Of a stretch of 64,000 nt of DNA, positions 1 to 12,098 are shown piece after piece. Each line of letters begins with the position of its first letter. The stretch's first letter is position 1. The stretch is taken from NCBI GenBank assembly GCA_012295275.1, contig CM022671.1, positions 15,686,001-15,750,000 on the forward strand, written 5' to 3'. A program made the translations under genes and the position numbers. The notes under the pieces are model-generated. The model was not told where the DNA came from, did no database searches, and worked only from the letters and a program-made list of their open reading frames with translations. This DNA is from Chrysomallon squamiferum (taxonomy: Eukaryota > Animalia > Mollusca).

Positions 1-697
1 TAACGAATTAATTATCAATAAAAAACCAGTTATTATTACATACGTATAGAAAATATAATATACACAGCCTAGTTTTAAATTGTACGTCAAACCGAGAGAA
101 CGATGAAGCTTGGGTTTCTAAATTTATATTTAAAAAGTTAAATAAATAAATAAAGAGTAGTGATATATTTTCATCGATAAATACATTTATTTATTTTATT
201 TATTTATTTATTTTCATTTTTACCATTAAATGTGCATTACGCCATACGATGTATTTGACTGATTTTTAAAAATGAAATAAAACAAAATAAAATAAAATAA
301 AATAAAAAATATGAATAATCATAGACAACATTAAACGATTAATCAGAAAAAGTAACAACAGGGTCAAACGCGTATACATATATACATACATATGTACACC
401 CACACACCCACACACACATTCACACATGCATACACAACCACTCCAAAAAAATACATTATCAGCTAATCTAAAATAGAATAATTTGTATATTCAGTTATTA
501 TTAATTAATTGTATACTAGATAATCGGTCTTTTTAAAAAAAACAAAAAAAAAAACGATAGTTTTTATAATCGCTCCAAACTATCAGAATTAATATTTTTT
601 TAAACAATTATTTCATCAAATAAAAAAAAAAAAAACACTAATGTTTAAATAATCAAATTATTTTTTATTTATAAAAAGCGTAGAGCTAATTACTCAC

Positions 698-783
698 AGT
701 TCGCACGTGCATGATTCCAAAACCAAATCCTGGAATAGATCGAGACTGTATGCAACTGTTCTATATTGCGATGATAACATCAT
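698..783 (-). CDS. Putative first coding exon of a minus-strand gene continuing off the left end of the window (MMLSSQYRTVAYSLDLFQDLVLESCTCE...)
   Basis: Complex sequence island between an acceptor (cttacag, exon start 816) and a consensus donor GTGAGT (697-692). ATG at 783 has an in-frame stop upstream, then 28 codons + 2 nt. No homology recognised. Confidence 0.3.
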
Positions 784-2456
784 TGAGTTGTACTGTATTT
801 AATATATTAGAAGCCACTGTAAGAGCTGCCGGATGAATTGTAAATAATTAATTAAATGGTAATGAATCAATAGGATTACATATACTATTTGCAAAAACAC
901 ACCAAATATTCAGGCCAGTTTGTTATTAGAATACATGAGAAACATTAAATAATAGAATTAGATTAGATTCAGTAAATTAGACTGAAGAATGGTTATAGTG
1001 TGTGTGTGTGGAAATCGATAGTGGAGAGTAATTCCATTCACTTAATGACGAGACCAGAAAAAACAAGCCAAAGAAGGAAAAAAATAAAATAAAAGGCTAA
1101 TAATAATAATAATAATAATAATAATATAAAAATTAGAAACAGAAGAAAATGGAAAAACACCAAAAAAAACACAAAAAAACCCCCCAAAACCCACGAAAAT
1201 TAAATACATATAGATATAATTTTTCAATACTTCTACAGTTTTTGTTGTTTTATTCTAGGTTAGAGTTTCCATAGTGTTAAAGCGTGACGGTTTTCATGAT
1301 CTAAAATGAACATTTATATATTATTATAATTGTTATTATATAATTAGTCTTGGCATTTTATATTACTCATGTTACTTATTAGCAATTCAATCGAAGTAAA
1401 CTGTTATCGGAAGAACGTAACTTTTCAAGAGCAAGAGTTCTAAACGAGGTATATAATCTTGCTTTGTATTTCTGAATGGCTATTAGACCGAGTACGAAAA
1501 GAGCTTTAAACAAGAAGACTTTTATCCAGGTTTATAAAAACATAAAATACAGTATATTCATAAAACAAATAATAAAGGCATATTTATAATTAAATTAATT
1601 AATTAGTCACATAGATGAACATAAAATATATTTTTTGTTTTCCAGAATAATTTAAAAATAATTAAAAAGATATTTGAAAGGGACCTGTTTTATAAAATAA
1701 AATCTCTCGATATTAATCTGGTAATTACTGATTTCTGTAATATTAGGTATTTTGAATGGTAGTGAATGTGTTTTAAATTATTACATTTTCAGTATTTATT
1801 TCAAACCTGATAAAGGAATCTTAAAAATAATATAATATTTAAAAAAAAAAAAAAAAAGAAGAAGAATATCTGTCATCCATTTGATGATTTGTAGCTTGCA
1901 GTGAATCAAACACTACAACGAAGCGTCGACTCTTAATAGTTAAGAGCAATAATGTCTTCGTAAATTTGTAAAACGGAAAACGGGCAACAAAATAGTCATT
2001 AATGTTAATAATTCATAATAATACCACCTGAAATAAATGCATTTTTACAACCCAAAAATGATGTCAAAGTAAATAATTCTTGAGAAATTTAGATTATATA
2101 TTTTCAACAATTTTCCTCTTTCTTTCGATTATTCATTTCGTATCCGGTCGAATAGTTATATCATCAACACTTTTTTTTTTTTTTTCTTTTTTTTTTAAAA
2201 TATCTTGCTAAACATCGCTACAATTTGACAGCTCTGTCAGGTTTGGTTATACAATTTTGTATTTTCATCAAACATATGTACATTTCAAATTGTTTCAAAT
2301 GAAAATAATAAAAGTGAAGTGTGGAAAAACAGGAGGAATCTAGAAATCTACCGTAATTCATTGAAAATAAGAGAATTTTAGGTCTTTAAACATTAATGTA
2401 GCATTAACTTTGATTTGATTATAGATTTAGTGATGTAAGTTTTTGCTGTGGACAAG

Positions 2457-2586
2457 ATGATACTCTGTAAAGACGTTGTGGACGATGATAATCCACTTTG
2501 GGCAACGTCAATTTCAGAACAACACGATGACGTGGAGCAGAATCGTCTGATTAGGAAATTGTAAGTAATATCGATCAGCAGATTAA

Positions 2587-2647
<61 letters not shown>

Positions 2648-3365
2648 AATTAATAGATATGAGAGAATAATACATGAATTTAATCTATGAATTATTTTCA
2701 CTATAGAAAGAGGTCTTGTGAACTATAATCTATATTATTTTATTTTATTTTATTTTATTACTATTGTTATTTCAGAAAACAGAGTGAAAAGTTAATACAG
2801 TTTCTTGCAGTATTTAGCTTTAGTCTGTTTCTTGGACTCTTTATAATACAAGCAAACATGGCATGGCAGTCTTATCAGGTAATCACTGAATAAAAGTATT
2901 TATCAATGGAAATCGTTACATTTTAAGATAAATCTGTATGTTTTATAATGGTAAAAAGTTTGGAAATATTTTTTTTTATTTATCTGACATCAAATGGAAG
3001 CATCATCTATTTTTCTTTGAAATTGATTTAAATCAATTTAAAGTACCACCCAATAAACTTCTTATAATTTTTTTAACTCTAATATTATCATTAATATAGA
3101 CATATATGTGCTGAAAGATGTTAAAGAAGTAATAATACACACACAGACACACACACAAACACATTACAGTGTTGCTTGCTGTAACTGCAATTTATTTTTT
3201 TTGAAATATTATTACATTTAACAATTTTCTTGACAGATGTTACAGCAGCTGTCTAAAGGGGATGTTCCAGAGATGGTGTACAGTCTATATTTTGACTACT
3301 TGGAAGCTGGTGTTGATCCAAACCATGTCGATCTCCGAGCTAACACCAGCATATTTGTTCACTAG
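2457..3365 (+). CDS. Uncharacterised 111-aa single-pass membrane protein; exons 2457-2560, 2776-2878, 3237-3365
   Basis: Hand splicing with donors GTAAGT (2561) and GTAATC (2879) and acceptors tttcag (2775) and tgacag (3236). Exon lengths 104+103+129 = 336 nt give an open frame: MILCKDVVDDDNPLWATSISEQHDDVEQNRLIRKLKQSEKLIQFLAVFSFSLFLGLFIIQANMAWQSYQMLQQLSKGDVPEMVYSLYFDYLEAGVDPNHVDLRANTSIFVH*. One hydrophobic segment; AATAAA at 4002. Confidence 0.8.
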
Positions 3366-4257
3366 TTTAGTAGTTATACAAGTTGTAAATATTTATATTA
3401 AGTGAAGTTATTGCTCGATTAACCAAACAGCTACGTATCTTTCTGTTTGTTTCATGGGTATTTATTGAGTTTCGTGGGTATTTGTTATTTTATTCTTTAT
3501 CATGGGAACTGGTTTCTGGTTCTGTTTTTAGTGTGCATATTATGATATTGTGATGGTAAAGCTGCATTTTTTGAAAACATCAATGTTGGTGAAATTAATG
3601 TTCCTAGTCATAAAGAAATAATGAGAGATTTTTCTGCTGTTATATTTTTCTATTTGAACACAGTTATTAATATAGGTGTTAAAAAGTATTTTTTGAAGCA
3701 AATGTATTGAAAAGAATTATATGTACATGTAAATGAAATGATTCTAATATTTATCATATTCTGTTCATAATATTTAATACTGAATGCATAAATATGGATT
3801 TATTCATGCTGTTATGTAACTGCATAATTATCATGATTCTAATGCATTTACAATATGCTATACAGCAAATGGGCATATGAAAACTATTTTACCTAAAATC
3901 AAAATACTTTGTTTTAAAATGAACATGGTTTTACTGCTATTTCATATCATGAACTTTTTAAATGAACAAATTTTGCTGGATTTATATCAGTACCTTGTAT
4001 AAATAAAATGAAAATGTGAATAACAAATTTTTGTGTTATTTTTGACTACTTTCAGTAAGCAGTCAAATAATTCATAATGTTAATTTATTGCATGAAATGT
4101 AATTTCATGCAGGTGTCGCTTTTATGTAATCTGTAACTGCTGATTATGTATTTACAGATACCAAATGGTTGAATTGTGCATGTAAACTGGTTACTGTTGG
4201 TTGAAAACCACATGAGGCTTATTTAATCAAGTCATTGAATTAAATTAGATTGCAGAG

Positions 4258-4540
4258 TAGTTAGTTAAATTATAAATGTAAGTTCACTAAATGGTTAAAT
4301 TATAAATGTAACTTAGTTCACAGATTGGTAGAATTATAAATGTAAATTAGTTCATTGACTAGTTGAATTATAAATGTAAATTAGTTCACTGACTAGTTGA
4401 ATTATAAATGTAAATTAGTTCAGACTAATTGAAGTATAAATGTAAATTTGTCACTAATTGATGTATAAATGTAAATTAGTTCACTGACTTGACGCAGTAT
4501 AAATTAAAGTTAGTTCAATGAGAGATTGAATTATGTAAAC
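4258..4540. repeat. Minisatellite, ~34-bp unit (AGTTGAATTATAAATGTAAATTAGTTCACTGACT), about 8 diverged copies
   Basis: Repeated ttataaatgtaaattagttca motifs visible in the sequence. Confidence 0.9.
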
Positions 4541-5821
4541 TGTACATGGGTTAATTGTATATTTAGTTTAATTTTTGAACTAATACAGTTTAACAACAAT
4601 TTTCTGTTTGTCAAGTAAAAAAAAAAAAAAATTCAGTTTATGTCATAAGTCTATTTCAGTGATTTTATGAAATGGAAATACAAAAATTAATCAAAACATT
4701 TTTCAGAATAATCTGAATATGCATTAGAGGTAGTGGTATGTAATTTTATGTTGATTTCTACGTGTGAAGTCTTGCATTCAGAATGAATGGGTGTTTGTGA
4801 CGAGAATACTCTGCATTACTTCTCGGATGAGTGTGACTGTGTGTGGATTGTAAAACAGTGTTTGAACACTATGTAAATGTTTATAAACAAAATTATTGTT
4901 GACAGATTCACGATATGATCAATCTAATGACAAGATTGTTCATCTATCATACATACTTAATCACCCACTTAGGAAAATTTCCAAGACACACACCTACTCC
5001 CATATTGTGGCATCCACATTCAAATACCAACACATACACAGTCATGCATACTACGCAAAATACATTAATATCCCAAAACAGTTGAACGGCATTTGAAATA
5101 AATAATAAAAAACATGTTATTCTGAGTCTTATAATTAACATCAAATATTGTTAAATAAGATTTTCTGACATCTTGACAGGTGTTGTATTTTAATAATTAA
5201 AATTAAATCTTTTGTTTGGTTTTGTAATGTTCATGAACTGTGTTTATTGCTGCTTTGTGTTCCTGAATAAATCCTACTGTCACATTCCTAAGTCCATTGT
5301 CTGTTCTTTGTGGTTTTACGATGACCATAGATGTCGAGTTTATATTTATTACATTATTTTCAGTTTTATTTATACATTTATTTATTTTATATACACAGAT
5401 TTGGTACGTGTTGAAAGGTAAAAACCAAATTAAACATCATACCTGTTAGTAATGTGTATTACTGTGATATGTGTCACAAAATAATTGCATTATTATGATT
5501 TTGATTACTGGTATTAGTGTGAGCAGACTTTTACTTGCTGTCTTAAACTCATAACCAATTTGTATGCTTCTTTGAAAATATACAGTTGCAAAACCTCAAT
5601 ATTAAATACACACTTCATTTAATAACGTGATACAGTTATTTCTTACTTTTCTTTAAAAAAAATAAGAAAATAAAAACTGATGATTTTTCTTTGCATGTGA
5701 TTTTATTTCAAACTGATCATTGTGATAGAAATATGTAATTCATGTTGTTTTAAATGTGATTAATTACAACAAAAAAATAAAAAATAAATAAAAAAATATA
5801 AATTTGAGTAAAGTGCGGAGT

Positions 5822-8443
5822 TCATTGCGAGAGTTCATGAAAACATTTGGTAAGGCTGAGAATCATCGTCTCGAGTTGTCCGAGTCCTGCCTGTAAAACA
5901 GGTCTCTTTTCCAGTGTAGCAAAAAATGCCAACAGATCCTCTGTTGTGACATTCTGCTGTGCTTGCAAGTCCAGGTTACTAAGGAATGTGTTGAGGTGAC
6001 AGCTCAGACTGTCAAACTGAGGCCGTCTGTTATGGATATCCAGAGGTGGGATGGACAGACAAGCATAATATGTCTGTTGAAGATCAGTCATTAATGGCAA
6101 TAGTTTCCCAACAACCATTTCTGTTTCTCTGCTACTGTCACCTTTCTGAACACCATCTTGTATCATATTACATAAATGATTTATGTTTTCCCAAACTACT
6201 TGAAAAACATTTTGAACCCTGAACAGAACTTCTGCTTTCTGAATATTATACTTCTCATTCTCTTTTAGAGGTTTCTTATCTGAAGATTGTGATGCACTTG
6301 TTTTCTGTGAAGTAGCTGATACTGTAGGTGAGATAACTTGTTTCTGAGGCAACAGAATATTTCTGTTACTCTCAGCAACATTTTCTGGAGCAAAAATCTT
6401 TGCACTTGCTCTTTTTTCAGTGTCCAAGTTCCTGAAATCTTTGAAGTTAGATTTTGTATGTTCATTTTCATCAACATTTCTAGCTTTCTTTGAATTTTCA
6501 CACCATTCTGGTATTTTGTTTTTTCTTTTGTCTAATTTGTTTTCAGTTTGTTCACTTCCAGATGAAGGCAAAATTTTACACTTGCTCTCAGTCTGACACA
6601 ACAGCTTTTTAATCTGGTTTACAGCTGGTAGAACAACATCTTTGCATGATGTCTTTGTTTTGAATTCATTGAGCAGGATCAGTGTTTCTTGCAACAGTTC
6701 TGTAGGATAATTAATTTTCACACCTTTAGGTGAGAACACGGTTACCAGAAAATCTATATTGTTAAGCAATCTTCTATTGAAAATTAAACCAAAAACTGCC
6801 ATCCAGTGTTTCTGAAAGGACAGCAATACATCATAGGCAGACCATGGAGGTTTTCTGTATATGATTTGGCTCCACATGTCTCCAAAGGCATTTTTCATTT
6901 CAGTCTCAAGAACTGTTCCAAAAACATCTCTGATGATATCTTTAGTGATACAGAAAACTTTGTCCACTGTCTCAATTTGTGAAGAATCTGTACTGGGAGA
7001 AATTGAAGAAAATGAGGTCTCTTGATATGATTGAGAATGTGGTTTAGAAGAATAATGCTGACTTTTATTTTGATCACAACATTCATTTTTGTTGGGGTTC
7101 TTTAAAAGCCTAGGTTGTCCTTTACAGAATTTTTCTTTATCAAACACTTCAATGCCATTTACTACAGCTTTGTTGCATAGATTTTTATCTGCAGTTAGCA
7201 GGACCACGCAAGAATCAGGATGATCCCTCATACACTGAAAAATGGCTTGCAGCACGCGGTCATCACTACACTCAATCTGTAAATTGTCTAAAGTTTCTTT
7301 TGCCTGTTTGCAACTCTGTCCCAGCACCCGTGGATGCCTGCTCTGAAAACAGGAAAACAAATAGGACACAGCTAACTTAGCCAAGTATTTACATCTCTCA
7401 GACACAGAGGCTTTCCGTCCATCTTTGAGACCATCCAGCTCTTGCAGCACAATCCATGGAATAAGTAAATATGGTAGACCAAAACCTTCCAATTTTGAAT
7501 CTCTCAGGTCAGCGACAAAGTTTAACTTATCAATGAGAATGTTTGTGTCTATGACAATATATAAAACCTTGTCAGGAAGGTTTGATGACTGTTTCAGTAA
7601 GTGCAAGTTACTTGTCACCGTCTGAGTGAGTTTACCAACTGACTCATTCTGTGCAAACTTCACTTCTTCTCTGAATTCCCGTAAATCAACAAGCATTTGA
7701 ATGTCCTCTTCATCAATATCCATATCACAAACTTCATCTCTGGTGTCATTATTTGCAGATGTACTAGCTGTGGCATCATTAGTGAAATATCCACTATCAT
7801 TAGCAGAGAATTGAGATACTGTACAACTTGGAAGAATTTTTTCAGTTTTTGGTGGCACAAACCTGGATGAAACCAAATAATCTTTTACAGTATTATCACT
7901 TGTCAGTTCTGTATCTATTTCATTTTTCTTCTTTTTCTTCTTTTTCTTTGACTTTTTTTTTATAGCTAGCTCATTATTTTCTTCTTTGTTTGTTGATTCA
8001 TTTTTATTGTCTATTTCAGCTTTTTTGTTACTTGTTTCTTGATCTGATACTTTCCCAGAATTGTTTCTATTCAGAAAGACAGTTGAATGATAATTTGTAA
8101 CACGATGACTTTTTTGTTTTGTTTGCATTTTTGTTTTATCAGTTTCTGAGTAATATTTCCTTTTTTTACAATCAACGGGCAAAAAATCTGAATCCTGATA
8201 TTCATTTTGTTTCACTTTAGAACTATAATAACCTTTATTGTCAATATTTTTTATTTCTAATTTGCCACTTGTTGAAGGAAATGGATCCAAATCTGACATT
8301 TTATGTTTTCTTGACCTGTGATATCTATCATTTGGATCTGATGTTTTAATACGTACACTGGATCCAGTGTCACCATATTTTAAGTATTTGTCTTGTAGAT
8401 CTTGTCTTTGTTTTTCTCGGACAACCTGGTATCTGGAATCCAT
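5822..8443 (-). CDS. SWT1: SWT1-like PIN-domain RNA endoribonuclease (transcriptional protein SWT1), 873 aa, uninterrupted CDS
   Basis: PIN motifs IVIDTNILI, VLQELDGLK, SDDRVL and LLTADKNL. The downstream block EMKNAFGDMW..IIYRKPPWSAYDVL..FQKHWMAVFG resembles the SWT1 C-terminal region. Long disordered basic N-terminus with a Lys-rich NLS-like run. Confidence 0.88.
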   Translation of the reverse strand: MDSRYQVVREKQRQDLQDKYLKYGDTGSSVRIKTSDPNDRYHRSRKHKMSDLDPFPSTSGKLEIKNIDNKGYYSSKVKQNEYQDSDFLPVDCKKRKYYSETDKTKMQTKQKSHRVTNYHSTVFLNRNNSGKVSDQETSNKKAEIDNKNESTNKEENNELAIKKKSKKKKKKKKNEIDTELTSDNTVKDYLVSSRFVPPKTEKILPSCTVSQFSANDSGYFTNDATASTSANNDTRDEVCDMDIDEEDIQMLVDLREFREEVKFAQNESVGKLTQTVTSNLHLLKQSSNLPDKVLYIVIDTNILIDKLNFVADLRDSKLEGFGLPYLLIPWIVLQELDGLKDGRKASVSERCKYLAKLAVSYLFSCFQSRHPRVLGQSCKQAKETLDNLQIECSDDRVLQAIFQCMRDHPDSCVVLLTADKNLCNKAVVNGIEVFDKEKFCKGQPRLLKNPNKNECCDQNKSQHYSSKPHSQSYQETSFSSISPSTDSSQIETVDKVFCITKDIIRDVFGTVLETEMKNAFGDMWSQIIYRKPPWSAYDVLLSFQKHWMAVFGLIFNRRLLNNIDFLVTVFSPKGVKINYPTELLQETLILLNEFKTKTSCKDVVLPAVNQIKKLLCQTESKCKILPSSGSEQTENKLDKRKNKIPEWCENSKKARNVDENEHTKSNFKDFRNLDTEKRASAKIFAPENVAESNRNILLPQKQVISPTVSATSQKTSASQSSDKKPLKENEKYNIQKAEVLFRVQNVFQVVWENINHLCNMIQDGVQKGDSSRETEMVVGKLLPLMTDLQQTYYACLSIPPLDIHNRRPQFDSLSCHLNTFLSNLDLQAQQNVTTEDLLAFFATLEKRPVLQAGLGQLETMILSLTKCFHELSQ

Positions 8444-8887
8444 TGCAAATGTAAGTGGGCTTCACTTTCTTGAATACTCTATTTCTTCCAAGTTTTGGTG
8501 ATGAGATACTATAACTTTTTATATCACTATCAGTGAAGGAATCATCTCCTGAAAATATTTTATATCTCCTGTCAATTTAAAATATTGCTCATCGTATGTA
8601 GTAAATCATGATGATAATGTCGTGGTTTCAGATTGAAGATTAGGTTAAAAATTGGTTCATTTTTCATTTTTATTTATTTATTTATTATTATTTCTATTTT
8701 CATTTTATAATTATTATTATTATTATTTTATTATATTTGTGTGGTTGTTGTTGTTTTACTATATGCATTTTTCCAGAGTTATACATACAATAATGGAAAT
8801 TCTTATTTCAAAGCTACTGCTTTACCTTTAATCTTATACACAAAACGTATAAATTGCCTACTTGAGTGTTGTTATGAATATTATTTG

Positions 8888-9010
8888 ACTCACATCGCAA
8901 ATACAGACTCAACCGGAAGAAAAAGCACGCCATCTACATTTCGCAACATTAAAGAAATTCCGGTCGATTTTATTTAACCTTACGTAGTTAGTGACGTTTA
9001 GTCACATGTC
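8888..9010 (-). promoter_or_regulatory. Probable SWT1 promoter / first non-coding exon
   Basis: CpG-containing island with two ETS-type CCGGAA sites, a YY1-like GATGGCG and a TGACGT half-CRE. Donor GTGAGT at 8893-8888 pairs with an acceptor ttttcag ending at 8549. Confidence 0.55.
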
Positions 9011-9375
9011 TGTCACTTGACTCAATCGAAAACTTTGAGGCTGAACTACACAATTGTTTTGGCTCTCGATATTTGCTTTTATGCTGTTGTTGTTGTTATT
9101 ATTATTATTAGTAGTAGTAGTAGTAGTAATAGTAATAACGGTAGTAACAGATAGTAGTTCTTTTAAAAATGTTATTTTATTTATTTATTATTTTATTTAT
9201 TAAAATTATGTTTACCTTGTCTTTTAAAGAGCCAAATAAATTGATGTAACTGGTATTAACTCTAAAGACAACAGAATAAGTCTAAATGTAAACTATGTAT
9301 CCATACGATTTCAATCTGAATATAATAAAAACAGCAACAAAAACTAAATTAAAAGAAATACTACTACTACTGCTA

Positions 9376-9419
<44 letters not shown>

Positions 9420-9755
9420 TATTATTATTATTATTATTATTATTAATTAATTAAATTAATTAATTAACAGTATACCTACATGTTCGTCTTTCAGTTTTTC
9501 CTATAGATCTCCATTCGTATTGTGAATGTAGATCCATTGGTGAACCTGTACAAGAACAAATTAGCGAATAAATTATTATTGTAGTTGTTGTTGTTGTTGT
9601 AGTTGTATATTATATTGTTACTTTTTTCATAATTGCTACTATATATTAAGTAGAAAAGGAATAAAAGCAAATTTTGTAGAAATATAATGAACCTATGTTC
9701 TCTCATTTTCTATTTTATTTATTTTATTTTATGTATTTATTTATTTAATTAATTA

Positions 9756-9798
<43 letters not shown>

Positions 9799-10381
9799 TT
9801 ATTATTATTTTCTTTTGACGTTTAAATACCTATAACAACTTAGGTTCACCAAATGGACCATTTTTTCGATGTCTCTGTTGTTCATTAGCATTTACAAACA
9901 AATTCTGAAAGGATAAATTTATAATTATTTGTACACGAAAAGTGATGCTTACCTTATTTAAAGTATATAATTAAAGTTTTATATTGTTATCTGTGGTATT
10001 TTCTTGTCAGAATAGTTGACGTTTCTATAGAATATCTAAATATGTAATGATGCTCCATAATAACCGTCTCTAGTTGTTCGCTGTAATAACCAATGTTACT
10101 AACAGACCCATGATTTGTTTTATCTTAATTTTTACCATTTTACCAGATATCTTTGTATTTGATAAATGCTAAACCCAAATAGTATTAATAATACTATTGT
10201 ATCTATCGTAATTTTATCCGCTCCAGAAATGTGTTACTTATTTTTTTATTATAAATTAATAAAAAAAAATATATACTGGAAATTCCGATACTTATGATAG
10301 AACATTTTGGAAAAAAACGAAATTAAACTTACGCAAATTTTAGTTTGAACATACATATATATAAACTATTTACCGCTGACT

Positions 10382-10444
10382 GTTTCTACGGAAACACACT
10401 TTCGATGACGTCACAGGAGAACGGTGAAACGAGCCGAAGTGAGT
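10382..10444 (+). promoter_or_regulatory. X-box-like + CRE promoter-like element followed by a splice donor
   Basis: GTTTCTACGGAAAC (RFX X-box-like) at 10382-10395, perfect CRE TGACGTCA at 10406-10413, donor GTGAGT at 10439. Confidence 0.4.
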
Positions 10445-10609
10445 TAAGTTAAATATCGAGTATACCAGAATCGTTTTCGCCTAGAAAAGATGAGAAACCC
10501 ATTTTTTAACAGTCAAGTTTACATATATTTCATAGTCATTTACCGACCTTATTTTATTTATTTATTTGAATTTATTAGGTAGTTTTTTTTTTCGTTTTTG
10601 TTCGTATCA

Positions 10610-11450
10610 TCTTGTTTTCCTCCACTTCTTCTTATCGCCTCTTTGGTCATCATCATTATTACATAACCTAAAACTGCGTTTGATCTGAGTATCTAAAGAT
10701 CATTTTATACAAAAGCAATTGAAATTCAAGACCACAACAACTGTGATTACATTCCTGCATTCAAGACGGATCACGCATTGTGAATTCTGTGTCTTGTGCT
10801 GCTCTTTTTCCATCCATACAAAGCTTTCCATAGCACTGATGGTCAGCAGTCTTTAGTCCTGAATTTGGTGTGTACCAACTTTACAGAGCATGAAGCTGGA
10901 TCATCTCTTAAGCTTCTTCTACCCACTGTCAATAAAGACGCAGTATATTACGGATGATCAGCCATGCTGGCATCAGGGGAAATCAAATGGCAGATTATGC
11001 TACCAAGACTGTTTGGATTTTCCTCATGCCTTAAAATGATTTTAAATACAGTATATGAACCAGTTTTTCTTTACCACTTGGAAACATCACTTGGATGGTG
11101 CATTTGCGAACAAGTTTCATGTTATCAAGCAAGTTTTGGGAGGGTGGCTGGCAGTTCTCTTTTAGACACTACTGGAAGGATAAAAATAGTCTTATGTCGT
11201 GCTGGCATATCGTGCTTGAACCTGAGCACTGTAAATGTACTCAGATGGTACTCTGCAATCATGTCAAATTAATTATAAAAAAAATATATATGGTCAAAGA
11301 ACTGTAATGGAATTATTTCGATTTCATTCTAAACTTATATTACACTTTCCACGTGATACTGACGTTTCATCTTAACTGTCTGAGATACTGGAATTTTTAT
11401 GCATAATGTTTTTAATTTAACTGCTGAATTTTTATATTAATGGTTTTACA
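10610..11450 (+). mobile_element. Degenerate 3' fragment of an I-group (I/Nimb-like) non-LTR retrotransposon ORF2: RNase H plus C-terminal Cys-rich region
   Basis: Frameshifted remnants read QDGSRIVNSVSCAALFPS (RNase H TDGS motif) and SHAGIRGNQMADYATKT (SHxGIxGNExAD motif), then a LDGAFANKFHVIKQVLG-like stretch, VLCRAGI and EHCKC..CNH. Many stops and frameshifts; boundaries approximate. Confidence 0.75.
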
Positions 11451-12047
11451 TCCACTGAAAAAGGTGTTTCATTTGTTTATTTGTGTGTCTACTTACAAAT
11501 AACGTGTTCCGATATTTCAGAAATACCATGAATGAAGGGAAGCAACTATGTCAGGCTTATCTTGAAAGAAACATCGTTTTATTTTATCAGATTATCTAAC
11601 AAAATAATCTCAGAACAGTAGTAATAAGTACCTAACCAGGTATGTGGAACTATTTAACTAGGTGGTAATAAGAAACTGCAATAACCTTTCAAAGCTAACA
11701 TGTTTTCAATATTACTTCAACGAGAACATCAAAAAACTAAAACTGAAAAATAATCTTGGCCTAAACTTCCATAAGCCATCGTTCAGTAATAATAAATAAA
11801 TATATAAATAAATAAATATTGCATTATTAAAATTGTTCGGAAAAGTAATTCTGGAAGTAGTAATCGTGAAATCAATTCAGTATATATGCGAAATGTGTCT
11901 GCTTTCCTGTTAGCCATTAATCATTTCTGCTTTTTACATTTCTCCCTTTACACTCCGCTATCCCCTCTTTACGTAGGCCAGTATCTCTTTTTCACTAAAA
12001 CTACCACCCTTTTTAAATATATTTTTATACACCAATCTACCACCATT

Positions 12048-12051
<4 letters not shown>

Positions 12052-12097
<46 letters not shown>
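12052..12097. repeat. (CT)n microsatellite, representative of dozens of SSRs in the window (GA, CA, TA, AAT, GTT, AGT, GAT, poly-A/T)
   Basis: Seen directly; similar tracts near 12609-12690, 19076-19172, 29947-30035, 30465-30537, 38209-38315 and 58010-58096. Confidence 0.95.

Positions 12098-12098
<1 letters not shown>

Noticed and set aside
698-783. DLVLESCTC resembling the TGF-beta C-terminal motif (DMVVESCGC)
   Set aside because: An in-frame stop lies just upstream and the frame continues through a donor; the other cystine-knot cysteines are absent
10964-11307. 102-aa and 70-aa ORFs as host genes
   Set aside because: They are frameshifted pieces of the decayed LINE RNase H / C-terminal region
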